Positions 60,016-64,000 of a DNA stretch of 64,000 nt are shown one piece after another. Position numbers and translations under genes: made by a program. The first letter of the stretch is position 1. The number at the start of each line of letters is the position of its first letter. The DNA lies in NCBI GenBank assembly GCA_963664305.2, contig CAXXLV010000001.1, positions 800,001 to 864,000 on the forward strand, in the 5' to 3' direction. This DNA is from an uncultured Aliarcobacter sp. (GTDB lineage: Bacteria > Campylobacterota > Campylobacteria > Campylobacterales > Arcobacteraceae). The notes under the pieces are model-generated. The model had not been told where the DNA came from, searched no databases, and saw only the letters and a program-made list of their open reading frames with translations.

Positions 60016-62481
60016 ATGATAAAAGCATTTTTATCTCATTCTTCATCGGATAAAGACAAATTTGTTAGAATAGTTGCCGATAAGCTAAAAAACAAACATG
60101 GAATTCACTATGATGAATATACTTTTGAAATAGGAAATAAAACAATTGATGAAATTTTAGAAGGTTTAGATAAAACTGATTTATTTGTTTTTTTTATTTC
60201 AGAAAATTCATTAGAATCAGAGTGGGTAAAAAAAGAAGTTTTAGTTGCAACAAATAATTTAGGAAATAGGACAAAACAGTTTTATCCAATTATTATTGAT
60301 AAAAACATTACATATAAAGATGAAAGAATTCCTGAGTGGTTAGTAAGTGAATATAATATTAAATTTGTAAGTAAGCCAACAGTTGTAGCTAAACGAATTG
60401 AACAAAAATTAAGAGAAATATCTCTTAAAAAACATCCAAAATTAATGAAAAAAAATAATTTATGTATAGGTAGAAATAAAATTCTTGAAAATTTTGAGGA
60501 AAGATTAGATAATTTTGAGAAAGCTCAACCTAAATGTATAATTGCAACGGGACTAGAATCAATTGGAAGAAGAACATTTTTAAAATATGCTCTTGTTAAA
60601 ACGGATATTATCAATCAATACTACACCCCAAATTCTATTTATCTTGATACAAATGATAGTATAGAAGATTTTATTTTAAAAATAAATGATTTTGGATTTT
60701 TAGATATTGATTCAGATTTATCAGATTTATTATCTAAAAATCAAGACTATAAAATAAATTTAGCAATTAATATTTTAAAAGAAATACAATCAAACAATGA
60801 AATTATTTTGATATTAGATAATGGTTGTATTGTAAATTATGAAAGAAAATTTTCTAATTGGTTTAGAAAAATAATTGAGTCTAGTGAATTAGATAATAAA
60901 GTTCTTATTTGTACTGCTTCAAAATATAAAGTTCATTATACTGAAATTAATAATGATGCCTTTTATTCGGAGCATGTTGATGATTTAACTCCATCTGAAA
61001 GAAAAAGATTATTTAAAAGATTATTAGAAATATATGATATTGAAATGGTAGTAGATGATTTTAACTATATAAGTGATACTTTCAAAGGTCTTCCTGAACA
61101 AATTTTATATTGTGTAGATTATATTGATAGAACTAATATAGAAACTGTGAAAAAAAATATTCATGAAATTAGAGAGTTTAATGATGAAAAAGCTTCAGCG
61201 CTTATTAAACATTATCAAGAAGATGAGTACATATTGTCTTTAATAAGATTAATTGCTCAATTTGAGATAATAAGCATAGAGTTTTTAAATGAGATAATAT
61301 CTGATGAAACAATTAATGAAATATTAGAAATATTAGTTACAGAAAATATTTGTGAATATTTTGGTTATGATGGACAATTTATCAGAGTAAATGATTCCAT
61401 TAGAGATTATATAATTAGGAATAGATTAAAAATAAAAGAAGAATATTTAACTAAAATAAAAACACATGTTTCAGCATTTATTCGTTCTGATGAGAAAATT
61501 GAAAAGGATTCTAGTGATTATTTGTTTTCTTTAAAACAAGCATTATTAGAAGGTGAAGAAATTGATGAAAATTTATTATTACCATCCCATTTTTTAAGAA
61601 CAATGAAAGATTTATATCATAATGGAAGTTTACAGAAAGTAATCGATTTAGCATATAAAGTTTTAGAGAAAGAAGAGTACATTGATTATTATTTAGCAAA
61701 TGATATAAAATACTATTTGTGTTTAGCTTTGGCAAAAAAAAGAGATAAAAGAGTTTTAGATGAAGTTCAAAGAATTAATGGTGATCAACATAATTTTGTT
61801 TTAGGATATTATTACAGATTAATAGGAGAATATACAAAAGCAATAGATAGATTGAAATCTATAGTTGATTCACAATATATAAAAGCAAGAGCAAAGCGAG
61901 AAATTGTACATTGTTATATTCAAACAGAAGGATATTCAAAAGCCCTTAGTTTTGCTAAAGATAATTATATAGAGAATAGAAATTATATATATCATGTTCA
62001 ATTATATTTTTATTGTCTAATTTATAGTGATAAAAGTTTTGAAAATAAAGAAGAACTTAGAAGAATTACTATTGAGTTAAAGAGATTGAGTGTGGAATCT
62101 AATATGGATATGGGAGACAGAGCAGAGGCTCTTTATCTAGCAAAGTGTGAGAATAAAGAAGAAGAATCATTAAGATTAATAAATGATGCAATTGCAAAAT
62201 ATCCAGATAGTTATTACCCGTTATTAACTAAATTTGATATTGCACTTAAATTTTATAATATAAATGAAATGGAAGATTGTATTTTAAAACTTGAAAAATT
62301 TAATGGTAAAACTTTATCTAAAAAAACATATACTAAACAAAAAGCATATTTTATTGCATTAAAAGAGAAAAATGCAACGAAAGCTAAACAGTTAATTATT
62401 GATGATTTAAATAAATATCCTCAGGAAGCAAAAGATTTGATTTTAGAAAAAATTGATTATTTAGCAAATAAATTAAAATAA
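60016..62481 (+). CDS. TIR domain-STAND-like NTPase-TPR protein, candidate anti-phage defence
   Basis: TIR: AFLSHSSSDK...SEWVKKE; then IGRN, variant P-loop GLESIGRRT, ILILD; helical-repeat C-terminus. Confidence 0.82.
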   Translation: MIKAFLSHSSSDKDKFVRIVADKLKNKHGIHYDEYTFEIGNKTIDEILEGLDKTDLFVFFISENSLESEWVKKEVLVATNNLGNRTKQFYPIIIDKNITYKDERIPEWLVSEYNIKFVSKPTVVAKRIEQKLREISLKKHPKLMKKNNLCIGRNKILENFEERLDNFEKAQPKCIIATGLESIGRRTFLKYALVKTDIINQYYTPNSIYLDTNDSIEDFILKINDFGFLDIDSDLSDLLSKNQDYKINLAINILKEIQSNNEIILILDNGCIVNYERKFSNWFRKIIESSELDNKVLICTASKYKVHYTEINNDAFYSEHVDDLTPSERKRLFKRLLEIYDIEMVVDDFNYISDTFKGLPEQILYCVDYIDRTNIETVKKNIHEIREFNDEKASALIKHYQEDEYILSLIRLIAQFEIISIEFLNEIISDETINEILEILVTENICEYFGYDGQFIRVNDSIRDYIIRNRLKIKEEYLTKIKTHVSAFIRSDEKIEKDSSDYLFSLKQALLEGEEIDENLLLPSHFLRTMKDLYHNGSLQKVIDLAYKVLEKEEYIDYYLANDIKYYLCLALAKKRDKRVLDEVQRINGDQHNFVLGYYYRLIGEYTKAIDRLKSIVDSQYIKARAKREIVHCYIQTEGYSKALSFAKDNYIENRNYIYHVQLYFYCLIYSDKSFENKEELRRITIELKRLSVESNMDMGDRAEALYLAKCENKEEESLRLINDAIAKYPDSYYPLLTKFDIALKFYNINEMEDCILKLEKFNGKTLSKKTYTKQKAYFIALKEKNATKAKQLIIDDLNKYPQEAKDLILEKIDYLANKLK

Positions 62482-62609
62482 AAATCTATAATTCAATTGG
62501 TGTCAAATTGGTGCCTTTAAATACCATTTATTAGCTTCATAAAATATAATTAATATTTTAGGAGTAATGACTAAATGGTATTTATTAGTTAAGAGTTCGA
62601 TTCCTATAA

Positions 62610-62628
62610 AATCCTACCAGGCGTGCCA
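62610..62628 (+). repeat. Distal att core (copy of the tRNA 3' end)
   Basis: AATCCTACCAGGCGTGCCA, identical to 54798-54816. Confidence 0.93.
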
Positions 62629-63070
62629 TTTTTAAATCTAACACAATCCAAGATAGTCTATAAAATCCCGATAAAATCAAGCTTCTTGTTAAATATTAAT
62701 CTAACTTATGCTAATGTAATCTAATTAAATATAGAAAAAATTAGGGCGTTTGTTAGGGCGTAAGCCAAAAATATTGAAATTATCAAAAATTTATGCCCAG
62801 ATATTTTAATAGAACATTGTAAATACAGAAGTTAAGAGGATATTCAAAAATCTTCAAACTATTTCTATTTATTTTTTTATTTATATTATTCTAAAAAATG
62901 AAAATTTATGAATATTTAATTATTAATTGTAATATTAGATTATTTAATTATTTTTGAATAAATAAGCATTCAAAAATGTATTTAAAAATAATTAGTTTTA
63001 AGTTTTTCTTTAGTGTATCTTGTGTTAGAATATATCCCAAGTTAGAAAAACTCTAATTCAAGGATAATAT

Positions 63071-63619
63071 TTGCCATATCTTGTTTCATCAATAATTGCA
63101 ATTGTTTCAGCTTTAATAATTTTACTTACTAGATATGAAGCTGATGACAGTACAATAACAAGTGAACTTGATAGAATGAAATCTATGTTTATAACAATGG
63201 ATGGATTTGTAAATACTTATATTCAATCTGGTGGAACTTTATCAAGTATAAATTTTGAGGAATTGGATAAAGCGGGTATTTTATTATCAAATATGGAAAT
63301 AACTCCAGTAGCAGATACAAATTCTAGTACTGGTGAAAATAAAACTACAACAAAATTTCCAAATAGTGAAGTGATTTGGCAAATTATACCAAATATAAAT
63401 GACACTAGTTCATATAAACTTTTAGTAGATATGTCAAAAGCTAGTGCATTGATGAGTAAGGCTATTTTCTCAGAAAGTTTCTCAGGTCGAGAATTTTGTG
63501 AAAAGATGCTTTTTGGTACATTTGATCAAAATGGAAGTGCATATGTTGAGGGAACAAAAGATTTTGGAACAACAGGCACAACAAAAGACGGAATTTTTGT
63601 TTGTATAGTTTTTAAGTGA
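63071..63619 (+). CDS. Hypothetical protein with N-terminal hydrophobic helix (pilin-like)
   Basis: TTG start after AAGGA; TM helix, amphipathic helix, two C-terminal Cys. Confidence 0.7.
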   Translation: MPYLVSSIIAIVSALIILLTRYEADDSTITSELDRMKSMFITMDGFVNTYIQSGGTLSSINFEELDKAGILLSNMEITPVADTNSSTGENKTTTKFPNSEVIWQIIPNINDTSSYKLLVDMSKASALMSKAIFSESFSGREFCEKMLFGTFDQNGSAYVEGTKDFGTTGTTKDGIFVCIVFK

Positions 63620-63700
63620 TTTTTGGTGCAACTAAAATAATAGTTGTTGTATAATAGGGCGGTTGGTAGGTAAACTTAAATTTAATAAAGGGGAAAGAAA

Positions 63701-64000
63701 ATGCCACAGTTGATAGCTATGATTATCGTAGTAGTTGGAGCAATGATTTATATGTTCCAAACATTTGGAGGAACTGGAGATAAAATCGAAGGTATTGCAC
63801 AAAAAACAAGTATTATTACTGAAATTAATAATATAAAAGATGGGGTTAAAATCGCAGCTAAATCAGAGCAAATTGCAAGTACAGCATCAGGTGATAAAGT
63901 TAACACTTTAGAGGGATTAGCAGCTCTTTCATATTTTGCAGAACAAATTAATACACAATTAACTGATACAAATAATAATGCAAATAATGCAAATATATAT
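63701..64000 (+). CDS. Hypothetical pilin-like protein, truncated by the window end
   Basis: Not in the ORF track; MPQLIAMIIVVVGAMIYMFQTFGGTGDKIEGIAQKTSIITEINNIKDG..., open to the edge; purine-rich RBS. Confidence 0.75.
   Translation, partial: MPQLIAMIIVVVGAMIYMFQTFGGTGDKIEGIAQKTSIITEINNIKDGVKIAAKSEQIASTASGDKVNTLEGLAALSYFAEQINTQLTDTNNNANNANIY

Larger units (their letters stand above)
54798..62628. mobile_element. ~7.8-kb integrative element in tRNA-Arg (int, xis, RCR Rep, FtsK-like ATPase, TIR cargo)
   Basis: 19-bp direct repeat of the tRNA 3' end at both ends; integrase adjacent to the tRNA. Confidence 0.93.

Noticed and set aside
54798..62628. Element as an inovirus or tailed prophage
   Set aside because: No small hydrophobic coat ORFs, Zot/pI-type ATPase, terminase or capsid genes; the ATPase is FtsK-type with N-terminal TM segments
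62561..62628. Second tRNA gene (GGAGTAATG...GTTCGATTCC...GCCA)
   Set aside because: No anticodon arm or consistent cloverleaf; only the 19-bp att copy is tRNA-derived

Overview
AT-rich Campylobacterota chromosome segment; gene content and proteins point to Arcobacteraceae (inference). Bases 1-54.7 kb are mostly core genes: a lactate-utilisation cluster (Fe-S/FAD D-lactate dehydrogenase, TRAP transporter, two-component system, lutABC), accBC, a DEAD-box helicase, PiT, asnB, bluB, a second TRAP binding protein, an anchor-less SdhAB/FrdAB-like pair behind a Phd/YefM-like gene, the rsmA-rnj-kdsD-rluB-rarA-hemJ-phoH run, hisF-rlmN-gltX, a CrdRS/CrdAB/CusBA-like copper efflux cluster with a Cys/Met-rich GKCG-repeat peptide, and hom, rlmB, rsmI, rpmE, miaA and mqnP. 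The main accessory feature is an apparently intact ~7.8-kb element integrated in tRNA-Arg(TCG), bounded by a 19-bp direct repeat (54798-54816 / 62610-62628). It encodes a tyrosine integrase, an excisionase, a two-tyrosine HUH rolling-circle Rep, a small SSB/HelP-like protein and a membrane-anchored FtsK/TcpA-like ATPase, with no capsid or T4SS genes. Its cargo is a TIR-STAND-TPR (NLR-like) candidate anti-phage gene. Candidate arm sites, operators and hairpins are visible in the DNA. Two pilin-like genes follow at the right edge. All calls come from reading motifs by eye; no searches were run.
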